From an uncultured Clostridia bacterium (GTDB lineage: Bacteria; Bacillota; Clostridia; Oscillospirales; CAG-272): a stretch of DNA of 64,000 nt. Made by a program: the position numbers and the translations under genes. Shown piece after piece: positions 47,323-55,407 of the stretch. The stretch's first letter is position 1. Each line of letters begins with the position of its first letter. The stretch is taken from positions 1,005 through 65,004 of the forward strand of contig CANQWE010000003.1 of assembly GCA_947627475.1 (NCBI GenBank), read 5' to 3'. The notes beneath the pieces were generated by a model. That model was not told the origin of the DNA and ran no database searches. It saw only the letters and a list, made by a program, of their open reading frames with translations.

Positions 47323-47348
47323 TTAGATGAGTCAACTCTGCGATGGGA
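47323..47348. repeat. Right inverted repeat (IR-R), 26 bp
   Basis: TTAGATGAGTCAACTCTGCGATGGGA is the exact reverse complement of 45808..45833. Confidence 0.95.
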
Positions 47349-47446
47349 CTGCGGAAAATTCAGTATATTTGCTTTTGAATCGTCATGCTACAATCAGTAT
47401 TCCCATTTTAACAAGTTTTATGAAATCCACAAGGGGGCATATATAG

Positions 47447-48286
47447 ATGGAAACGCAGCAGAAAAAGAATCCGATAAAAGCTGCCATTGTCTTGCTGGCA
47501 GTTTTGCTTGGACTCAGTATTATTGCGCTGGTCGGCCTGCTGTTTTATACGCATTTTGCAGACGGTAAGCCTGCTTCTGCAGCCGTACCCGGCAATGTAA
47601 TCGCCACGTCGGCACAGGCCGGCCGGGGCTCCTTGACACAGCTTGCCGCTGTGCCGCTGGCAGCAGATAATATTGCGGCGCAGCGCGCCGCGGCAACCAA
47701 TGCTGCAGCGCAGTCGGGCACGCAGATATCTGAAGAGGCGAAAGCAAAAGCGCAAATGCTGGAACTGTATAAGGGCCATGGGGCGGATACCGTTCCCTTT
47801 GCAGTGGATAACCTGTTCCCGGGAGATACTATTACCCAGTATTATGGCGTGAAAATTTCCCACAAAGAGGATGTGGACCTGCTCTTTCGTCCCGACGTAA
47901 CAGAAGAGACAAAGGCGCTTGGCGGCGTGCTGCATATAAAAGTTGCCAATATGGAAACGGGTGAAGTACTGTTCGACGGTAAATTTGCAGAGGCAGATGG
48001 GAAAGAAGTTTCCCAAACGATTGCAGCAAACGATGCAGAAGAAAGCATTTCCTACTTTGAGGTTACTGTATCCCTGGACCAGTCCGTAGGCAACGAATAC
48101 CAGGCAGCCAGACTGCTGGCAGATTTTCATTGGTATGCTGCCCAGGAAGAGGGTTTGATCCGCCCGCCCCAGACGGGGGACATCTTTATGATCCTGCTGG
48201 GGACCGTTATCGCAGTATCGGCAGCTTTGCTGACATTGCTTGTAGTGTATAAACGCAGAAAGGAGGGCGGGAACCGTGTCCGGTAA
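47447..48286 (+). CDS. PQTG-motif cell-wall-anchored protein with TasA-like core motif
   Basis: N-terminal signal/TM segment and an FPGDTITQYYGVKISHKEDVDLLF motif. C-terminal RPPQTG + hydrophobic segment + KRRKEGG. Paralogous in layout to 5367..6035. Confidence 0.75.
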   Translation: METQQKKNPIKAAIVLLAVLLGLSIIALVGLLFYTHFADGKPASAAVPGNVIATSAQAGRGSLTQLAAVPLAADNIAAQRAAATNAAAQSGTQISEEAKAKAQMLELYKGHGADTVPFAVDNLFPGDTITQYYGVKISHKEDVDLLFRPDVTEETKALGGVLHIKVANMETGEVLFDGKFAEADGKEVSQTIAANDAEESISYFEVTVSLDQSVGNEYQAARLLADFHWYAAQEEGLIRPPQTGDIFMILLGTVIAVSAALLTLLVVYKRRKEGGNRVR

Positions 48287-48824
48287 AAGATCCTCGAAAA
48301 AACAGCTGACCAGAGGGATTGCGGCGATTGCGGTTCTTGCTGTTTGCCTTTGTGTCACAACCCTTGCCCTGGTTTATTCTATGGTGTCCGTAGAGGGCAA
48401 CCTGTTCCAGACCGGAACCATTGCAATCAACTTAAACGATGGGAAACCGGTGATCGAAGAAAATGAATTTTTGTTTGAACCGGGGATGACGGTAGAGAAG
48501 ACCTTCTTTATAGAAAATACCGGAACATGGGATGTGTATTACAAACTTTATCTGGAAAATCTAGAGGGTGGCCTTGCAGATGTGCTGGAGGTATCTGTGC
48601 GTGACAAGGATACCACACTCTTTAGCGGACAGGCGTCCGATTTCACCAAAGAGAAAGCAGACGCGGCGACAGAGCTTCTTGCGTTGGGCGAGCATCGGGA
48701 ACTTACCATGACGTTCCATTTTCCACAGGACGCGTCCAACAATACGGAAAATCTGTCTCTATCCTTTGATTTGCGGGCCGACGCAGTACAGGCAAAGAAC
48801 AATCCCGATAAATTGTTTGAGTAA
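48276..48824 (+). CDS. TasA/camelysin-like secreted protein (short form)
   Basis: GTG start after AAGGAGGG. The signal peptide ends ..LALVYSMVSVEGN. EPGMTVEKTFFIENTGTWDVYYKLY motif. Confidence 0.75.
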   Translation: MSGKRSSKKQLTRGIAAIAVLAVCLCVTTLALVYSMVSVEGNLFQTGTIAINLNDGKPVIEENEFLFEPGMTVEKTFFIENTGTWDVYYKLYLENLEGGLADVLEVSVRDKDTTLFSGQASDFTKEKADAATELLALGEHRELTMTFHFPQDASNNTENLSLSFDLRADAVQAKNNPDKLFE

Positions 48825-48862
48825 TTTTTGAAGATTTGTTTTTTTACAGATCTTGCTTATTT

Positions 48863-49059
48863 GGAGGTTTCTTATGAAACATGCACAAATGGAAAAAAAT
48901 TCCAGCGGGGGGGGGCTTTCAAACCCTGCAGTTAGGTAAATTGTCTGATTCCCCGGAAAAGGGTACAGAATAAATAGATGCGCTCCGGTTTTGGCGGCAT
49001 TTTCGGGGGCATCTTGTCCTGGAAAAGCCGACAAAATACATAAGGAGCGTGTCAGAAAA
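48863..49059 (+). repeat. Conserved leader module, copy A
   Basis: AGGAGGTTTC, ATG mini-ORF, G9, TTAGG..CCT hairpin, AGATGC..CTCCGG/CGGGGG..GCATCT hairpin, GCCGACAAAATA and the RBS. It aligns with copies B, D and E. Confidence 0.8.
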
Positions 49060-50613
49060 ATGACAACAAAGAAAAACACGAAACGCGCACTGCTCACCAG
49101 CGTGATGGCTACCGTGCTGTGTGCGGCAATGTTAATCGGCACCACCTTTGCATGGTTTACCGACAGCGTAGCCAGCGGGAAAAACAAGATCGTCGCTGGG
49201 AATCTGGATATTGATCTGGAATACAGCACCGATGGCGCAAACTGGAACGAGGTTGATGCCGACACCAATCTGTTCAAGCCTACCGAGGGCGTGGCCCTTT
49301 GGGAGCCCGGTCACACGGAATATGTCTATCTTCGGGTAAGCAACGCCGGCTCCCTGGCATTGAAATATCAGTTGGCCGTCAATGTATTTGGCGATGAGAA
49401 CGGCGGCGCGGAAAAAGAGTATACCAACAAAGAAGGCGGCAAGTTTCAACTCTCCGACTATCTGGTGTTTAGCCAGACGGATGGAGCAGCATCTGTAACC
49501 AAGCGGGAAGATTTGTGGATAAAAGACGCTGCTGCTGAAAAAGCAGCTATGGGCAAGCTGGACGGAGTCGGTATGACAGATATTCTGCTCTCCGGCGAAA
49601 ATAACGTCCTGACGCTGGCGGTATATATGCCGACACAGGTAGGAAACGAAGCAAATCAGCTCACCTTTGCAAAAGAAACGGAAGGCGAGCCTACCGTTTA
49701 TCTTGGCCTGACACTAAACGCTACCCAGACGCCGGAAGAGGAAGACAGCTTTGGCAAGACGTATGACGAGGGCGCATGGAGCGATTTTGAAAAGCAGCAG
49801 CATTTGGAGGATTTGTTAGAGGAAGGCTATGTTCCGGTTGAATCCAACAGCGCATTTACGGAAGCAACAAAAACAGAAGAGAAAATCGTAGTAACGAATG
49901 ACCTTGTTGTGGATCAAAACACACCAAGCATACAGGGAAGCACCACTATTGACTTTAACTATGGGCAGGTAACCCGCGTAACGGCCAGTGGCAACGGCTT
50001 GCTTGTTCAAAATTACGCTGCGGATATCACCCTGCAAAATGCCAATTTTGTCAGTGTAAAAGGCGGTGTGGTTGTCCGGGTTGAGGGCGCCAATCATTTA
50101 ACCGTGAAAAACAGCAATTTTATATGCGAAGCTGACGGGTCTACCGGAAATAAGATTTTTCAGTTGACGCCTTCAGAAGCAGATAAAAAAATGACTGTGA
50201 CTTTTGAAAACTGTGTTTTCGACACAGGATATGTTGCCTTTGAGGGATATAACAATATTACGGAATATGACGTTCGCTTTATAAACTGTAAATTCTTATG
50301 GGATGATAAAAATGGCAGCAGCTTTGTACAGGCCGGCAGCTATGCAAAGGGAAGTTACAGCTTTGAAGGGTGTACCTTTGCGTATACAAATTGGTGGAGC
50401 GGTCCGCTGGTACGGGTGAATAATCCAAACGCCCAAAGCAGCGTTACACTTCAGGATATAACGGTGAACGGTTCCGGCAGCAAAAAGCCGTATGTGGTAA
50501 GCGGATTCTCTGTTGTCGGCAAAAGAAATCTGACGGTAACTTCCACGGGAACAAATCAGTATTCTTACAATGACAGCATACTGGACTGGGAAACCGTTGC
50601 GGCAGAGAAGTAA
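49060..50613 (+). CDS. TasA-like N-terminal domain fused to right-handed beta-helix (PbH1-type) C-terminal domain
   Basis: MTTKKNTKRALLTSVMATVLCAAMLIGTTFAWFTDSV is a SipW-type signal. The C-terminal half has periodic ..NANF.., KNSNF, ENCVF, INCKF and EGCTF repeats typical of parallel beta-helix. Confidence 0.8.
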   Translation: MTTKKNTKRALLTSVMATVLCAAMLIGTTFAWFTDSVASGKNKIVAGNLDIDLEYSTDGANWNEVDADTNLFKPTEGVALWEPGHTEYVYLRVSNAGSLALKYQLAVNVFGDENGGAEKEYTNKEGGKFQLSDYLVFSQTDGAASVTKREDLWIKDAAAEKAAMGKLDGVGMTDILLSGENNVLTLAVYMPTQVGNEANQLTFAKETEGEPTVYLGLTLNATQTPEEEDSFGKTYDEGAWSDFEKQQHLEDLLEEGYVPVESNSAFTEATKTEEKIVVTNDLVVDQNTPSIQGSTTIDFNYGQVTRVTASGNGLLVQNYAADITLQNANFVSVKGGVVVRVEGANHLTVKNSNFICEADGSTGNKIFQLTPSEADKKMTVTFENCVFDTGYVAFEGYNNITEYDVRFINCKFLWDDKNGSSFVQAGSYAKGSYSFEGCTFAYTNWWSGPLVRVNNPNAQSSVTLQDITVNGSGSKKPYVVSGFSVVGKRNLTVTSTGTNQYSYNDSILDWETVAAEK

Positions 50614-50723
50614 TACATCCTTGTCCTCTCCCTCCGGTGAGGGAGAGGCAATCTAAGGGCATAAGCTATGGTTTGTGCCTTTGGATTGCCTGCGTGGAAC
50701 AACATATACGAAGGAGACTTTCC

Positions 50724-51503
50724 ATGAAAAAAGCACTCCATATTGCAAAAAACGTACTGACATGGCTTATTGTAGTCCTGGCGGTATGTATGATGATTTT
50801 TACCATTGTATCCAGTATGACCTTTAATCGCGTAGACCGGGACCTCTTCGGATATAAGGCGTTTATCGTTCTGTCCGACTCTATGAGCGCAACGGATTTT
50901 GACGCAGGAGATTTGGTGCTGGTAAAGGAAGTAGATCCGGAAACCCTAAAGGCTGGCGACATCATCGCGTATCAGTCCACCAATACGGAAAACTACGGCG
51001 AGGTGGTCACCCATAAGATCCGGGAGCTGACCACCGATGCCCAGGGTAATCCCGGGTTCGTTACATACGGCACGACGACGGATCAGAACGACGAGAACGT
51101 AGTCACCTACGACTTTGTACTCGGGAAGTATCAAAAGAACCTGCCGGGGGTGGGAGCGTTCTTTCAGTTTTTAAAAACCACACCCGGATATATCGTCTGT
51201 ATTTTTCTCCCGTTCCTGGCGCTGATCCTCATACAGGGGATCAACAGCATCCGACTGTTCCGCCGGTATAAAAAGGAACAGCTGGAGGAAATCGAGGCCC
51301 AGCGGGAACAGCAGAAGCTGGAGCTGGAAGAAGAGCGGGAACGCCTTGCCCGGCAGCAGGCTGAGTCTCAGAAAATGATGGCGGAGCTGATGAAATTGAA
51401 AAACGAACTGTCTGGGGAGGCGACCCCGGCAGAACCGGAAAAACCACTTCAGGAAGAATCGGCGGCAGAAAAGGACTTGGAAAAAGATACAGGCGGCCAA
51501 TAG
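50724..51503 (+). CDS. sipW: Signal peptidase I, SipW (archaeal/ER) type, with extended charged C-terminal tail
   Basis: N-terminal TM segment, IVLSDSMSATDFDAGDLVLV (Ser box), VVTHKI (His box) and a C-terminal TM. A coiled-coil-like tail of about 85 aa follows (KKEQLEEIEAQREQQKLELEEERERLARQQ..). Confidence 0.85.
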   Translation: MKKALHIAKNVLTWLIVVLAVCMMIFTIVSSMTFNRVDRDLFGYKAFIVLSDSMSATDFDAGDLVLVKEVDPETLKAGDIIAYQSTNTENYGEVVTHKIRELTTDAQGNPGFVTYGTTTDQNDENVVTYDFVLGKYQKNLPGVGAFFQFLKTTPGYIVCIFLPFLALILIQGINSIRLFRRYKKEQLEEIEAQREQQKLELEEERERLARQQAESQKMMAELMKLKNELSGEATPAEPEKPLQEESAAEKDLEKDTGGQ

Positions 51504-51597
51504 GCCGATGGTATTGTAAAAGAAGGGTCCATAGAGAGCGGCTGGTGGATGCCTTTATGAAACGGCGTGTTTACTGTAAAATAAAAAAATATTTCCT

Positions 51598-51879
51598 GTA
51601 CATCCCCTTTGTGGGGGTGCGGGGATCCAAGGGCATAGATTTGTTGTGCCCCTGGATCCCCGAAGTCGGGAATCCACAGGAGGTTTCATTATTATGAAAC
51701 ATGTACAAATGGTAAAATATTCCATCGGGGGGGGGTGCCGATCCCCACAATTAGGCGATTTGCCTAAGCTTCTGGGGAAAGGGTTTATAGCAAAATAGAC
51801 GCGCTCCGATTTTGGCGGCATTTATCGGAGACGTCTTGTCCCGGGAAAGGCCGACAAAATATTAAAGGAGTAGAGAGAA
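51598..51879 (+). repeat. Conserved leader module, copy B
   Basis: Hairpin 1 CATCCCC..GGGGGTG, hairpin 2 GGGGATCCAAGGGCA..TGCCCCTGGATCCCC, AGGAGGTTTC, mini-ORF, G9 and the AGACG..CTCCGAT/ATCGGAG..CGTCT hairpin. Confidence 0.85.
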
Positions 51880-53282
51880 ATGACAACAAAGAAAAGCACA
51901 AAGAGCGCACTGCTGTCCAGTGTGCTGGCTACAGTTCTGTGCGTGGCCATGCTCGTTGGAACAACCTTTGCATGGTTTACAGACAGCGTAACAAGCGGGA
52001 AAATAAAATCGTCGCAGGTAATCTGGACGTAGAGCTGGTTGACGCACAGGGAAATTCCCTGGAAGGGGAAGTGCTGGGCTGGAAAGCATTTGACAATCGG
52101 GAGCAGGAGCAGATCCTGTGGGAGCCTGGCTGTACCTATAATACAGAGGAATTTTACATTAAAAATGACGGCAGCCTAAATCTAAAATTTAAGTTTGCAG
52201 TTTCCGGTATCCAAGGAGACGCGAAGTTGCTGGAGGTTATTGACTTCACCGCTATGGCTGATACAAGCTGGTTCAAGTTTAATACCGGTGCCGTTTCTAT
52301 ATCCCCTGAAAGCAGCGAATTTGACCTTTTGAAGGGTTGTGATATTGATACGCTGTTTTACGGTAAGATGCACTTTGACGAATATACTCTTGCGCCTGGG
52401 CAGACAGTTGGTCCGATCACCCTGACCGGTCATATGCAGGAAGAAGCGGGGAACGAGTATCAGGGCCTGTCTATCGATGGCATCGCCATTACGCTGATTG
52501 CCACACAGGCAACGGGTGAGGAAGACAGCTTCAATGGTACATATGACAAGGATGCCAAATTTCCTATAGCCGGAACGGAAGAAGAATTGCAGACACTGTT
52601 GAAAGCGGCGCAGCCTGGTGATACAGTAACGATCGATTCAGAATTTACAGGAAATGTTGTTGTTCCGGAGGGGCTGCAGGACGTAACGATTGCCTCCATG
52701 AACGCGCAGGTAAATAAAATCGAGATAAAAGCCGACGGAATCGACAATGTTACTTTTGACGGATTTGAATTTGACCAGGTAACGGGAAATGCAATCGAGC
52801 TGGCAGGGGAAGCTGCAATCGGTACAGTTACGTTTAAGGATTGCCATATAACTGGTACAGGTGTGAAAAGCGGAAGAGGCTTTTCCGGTGCGAACCAAAA
52901 TACAGAGTTGGTTTTTGAAAATTGCTTCTTTACCGATATTGGATATCCAATCTATGATGCGTTTGGCGGATATAAGAGTTTGACGGTTCGCGGATGTACT
53001 TTTAGCAACAGTGCCGCTGCAGGTTCAAAGTCCTGGGCCATGATGGTGCAGGGTGCATTGGATACTGTGGTAATTGATGGTTGTACCTTTAACGGATGCA
53101 CCGATGGTATTTTAAAAATGACTGGGGGCTGTGCTACATCCTTTACATTCACAAATAACACTATGATCAATTGCAGCGCCCATGATCCATATGGTTTGTT
53201 CCAAATGAAATTTGGTGAAACTTGTGTAAAAAATGCTTCCAATAACACATTTGACGGGGAAGACTTTCCCTTTGATTTTTAA
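51880..53282 (+). pseudogene. TasA-like/beta-helix paralog with a 1-nt frameshift just after the signal peptide
   Basis: The ATG at 51880 gives MTTKKSTKSALLSSVLATVLCVAMLVGTTFAWFTDSVTSGKIKSSQVIWT*. The mature part (NKIVAGNLDVELVD.. to 53282) is intact in the +1 frame. Compared with paralogs, GGGAAAAACAAGATC has become GGGAAAATAAAATC. Confidence 0.75.
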
Positions 53283-53524
53283 AATAAATTTTGTGGTCTC
53301 TCCCGCAGGGGAGAAGAGATAATCTAAGGGTAAGACAAATGTGTTCATTGCCGGAAGACAGGTATATCCTGTAACCCCCTAAAAATTTAAACAGGCTCCT
53401 CACCGAAACGGTGAGGGGCGATCCAAGGGCATAACGATAGGTCGGATGTGCCTTTGGATCGCCGTATTGGCAGCAACATCCTGCAGTTGTTGCAGGAATG
53501 AGATAAATTGAGGAGAAATTTGCG
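53283..53524 (+). repeat. Divergent leader, copy C (hairpin pairs only)
   Basis: A degenerate pair (TCTCTCCCGCAGGGGAGA; ATAATCTAAGGGTAAG..) is followed by an intact pair (CCTCACCGAAACGGTGAGG; CGATCCAAGGGCA..TGCCTTTGGATCG). It lacks the G-tract module. Confidence 0.6.
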
Positions 53525-55111
53525 ATGTCACAAAGAAAACATACAAAGAAAGCCCTGATCACCGCAGCTGTATCGATCGGTCTGTGCATAGCGATGCTTT
53601 TTGGAACAACATTGGCGTGGTTTTCTGACAATAGTGCCGGCAGCAGAAATAAATTCGTGGCAGGCAATTTGGATGTGGCGCTTTATAATACCACTGGGGA
53701 TACGGAAGCATTGGTCCATCCCGATGCCCCTTTATTCGGCACAGCTGCCCGGTGGGAGCCCGGTCAGGTAAAATATGTGAACCTGCGCGTGGACAATACG
53801 GGAACGCTGGCGCTGAAATATCAGTTAGGCATTCGCATTGCCGAGGAAAAAGGCAGTATAAATGTGTTTGGCGAGAAATTTTTTCTCTCTGACTTTATGC
53901 ATTATGCAGTTGTTCCTGGCAAACAAATGTATACCGACGACGAAGCAGGAAGGCAAACGGCCATTGCTGCGGCAGAGCAAGCGGGAGCAGCGCCTATATC
54001 TCAAAGCCCCTTGTCCCAGGACGGATTCCTGTGCGCAAAGGGACAGGATACCGATACGGCTTCCAGTAAAAATGAGATGACATTGATCGTTTATATGGTG
54101 CAGGATAATGAAAACCGGGCCAACGTAAGAAAGGGAGAGGAAGAGCCCGTTCTTGACTTGGGTGTGACACTGTCTGCGACCCAAGCCCCCAGCGAACAGG
54201 ACAGCTTTGATGATGGCTATGACCAAGACGCAGGCATTGTCGCAGTTACGCCGGAAACGGCACAGGCAGCGCTGGACGCGGCGGATTTTGGGGAAACACT
54301 GTACCTTGCACCTGGAAACTACGGAACTTTGTATCTGGATCAGGCAAAGGAAACCAGCCTTGTAAGGGACAGACAGTACTCCCGTACCTTGGAAAATGTG
54401 TCTATTGTGGGCCAGGCCGGCGTTATAATAGACGGAATTCAGTTCAAAACCGGCCATATTTACGGAGAAGGTACAAACCCGGTGAATGGACAGCCGTTGA
54501 ATGGGACTGCAAATTCCTATTACAGCACGCTGCATATCAAGAATCTTACCATAGAAAAAGTAGCGCTGACAAAGTCTATTTATATTGGTGCAGATACCTC
54601 TTCCTTCCTGAACCTGGATGGGCTTACCGTACGGGATTGTTCCTATACCGGTACAGACCGTACGCACAATGATAAGACCAATAAACTGCTGCATATAGCA
54701 GGCGGCGAAAACTATATGAGAAATATTCTTGTGGAAAACTGCACTGTACATACTGCTTTCCAGGGGATATATACTTACGGAAACCGAGATATCGTTGTGC
54801 GCGGATGCACCTTTGATAATTTGGGTCACAACGCTGTTGCCATTCAGGATGCCTCTCCGGATCAGGGAGCTACGATTTATAATGGCGGGACAATTCTGAT
54901 TGAAGGCAATAAGATTTCTCAGGTATCCGACCGGGTTTTCCGGGTTGGAAATTTTCGGGAAGGATCTATCCGATTTGTGAATAACAGTATTACTGCGTCC
55001 GGTGATGCAAGTGACTCTGCAAACCCGATTTATAAAGCAACGTCTGTGGCTGCCGGCGCTGAGGTTTCCTTCACAGGAAATACAGTGGACGGAGCAGAAT
55101 GGGCTGGCTGA
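53525..55111 (+). CDS. TasA-like N-terminal domain fused to beta-helix C-terminal domain (divergent paralog)
   Basis: MSQRKHTKKALITAAVSIGLCIAMLFGTTLAWFSDNS. C-terminal repeats VRDCSY, VENCTV and VRGCTF. Confidence 0.8.
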   Translation: MSQRKHTKKALITAAVSIGLCIAMLFGTTLAWFSDNSAGSRNKFVAGNLDVALYNTTGDTEALVHPDAPLFGTAARWEPGQVKYVNLRVDNTGTLALKYQLGIRIAEEKGSINVFGEKFFLSDFMHYAVVPGKQMYTDDEAGRQTAIAAAEQAGAAPISQSPLSQDGFLCAKGQDTDTASSKNEMTLIVYMVQDNENRANVRKGEEEPVLDLGVTLSATQAPSEQDSFDDGYDQDAGIVAVTPETAQAALDAADFGETLYLAPGNYGTLYLDQAKETSLVRDRQYSRTLENVSIVGQAGVIIDGIQFKTGHIYGEGTNPVNGQPLNGTANSYYSTLHIKNLTIEKVALTKSIYIGADTSSFLNLDGLTVRDCSYTGTDRTHNDKTNKLLHIAGGENYMRNILVENCTVHTAFQGIYTYGNRDIVVRGCTFDNLGHNAVAIQDASPDQGATIYNGGTILIEGNKISQVSDRVFRVGNFREGSIRFVNNSITASGDASDSANPIYKATSVAAGAEVSFTGNTVDGAEWAG

Positions 55112-55407
55112 TCGATCTTTTTCCGCCTCTCTCCGGAGGGGCGGGGATCCAAGGGCATAACAAAGACAGGGTTTGTGCCCTTGGATCCCTGAAGCCGGGA
55201 TAACATAGGAGGTTTCTTATGAAATTTGCACAAATGGTAAAAATTTCCAACGGGGGGGGGCTGTCCATTCCCAATGTTAGGCACTTTGCCTGATTTTTTG
55301 GGAAAGAACGTCATAGCAAAATAGATGCGCTTTGGTTGTATCGGCATTTTCCAAAGGCATCTGATCCGGAAAACGTCGACGATATTACTAAAGGAGCGTG
55401 TCAGAAA
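55112..55407 (+). repeat. Conserved leader module, copy D
   Basis: Hairpin 1, perfect hairpin 2 GGGATCCAAGGGC/GCCCTTGGATCCC (55144..55189), mini-ORF, G9 (55252..55260) and the hairpin AGATGC..CTTTGG/CCAAAG..GCATCT. Confidence 0.85.

Larger units (their letters stand above)
45808..47348. other. Putative invertible DNA segment (recombinase-containing inverton)
   Basis: Perfect 26-bp IRs bracket one tyrosine recombinase gene and two outward-facing consensus promoters. Confidence 0.65.

Noticed and set aside
45808-47348. Recombinase plus repeats as the edge of a prophage, ICE or IS element.
   Set aside because: The repeats are inverted rather than direct att-like duplications. No capsid, conjugation, excisionase or transposase genes are adjacent. 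Tyrosine recombinases are not the transposases of classical TIR-bounded IS families.
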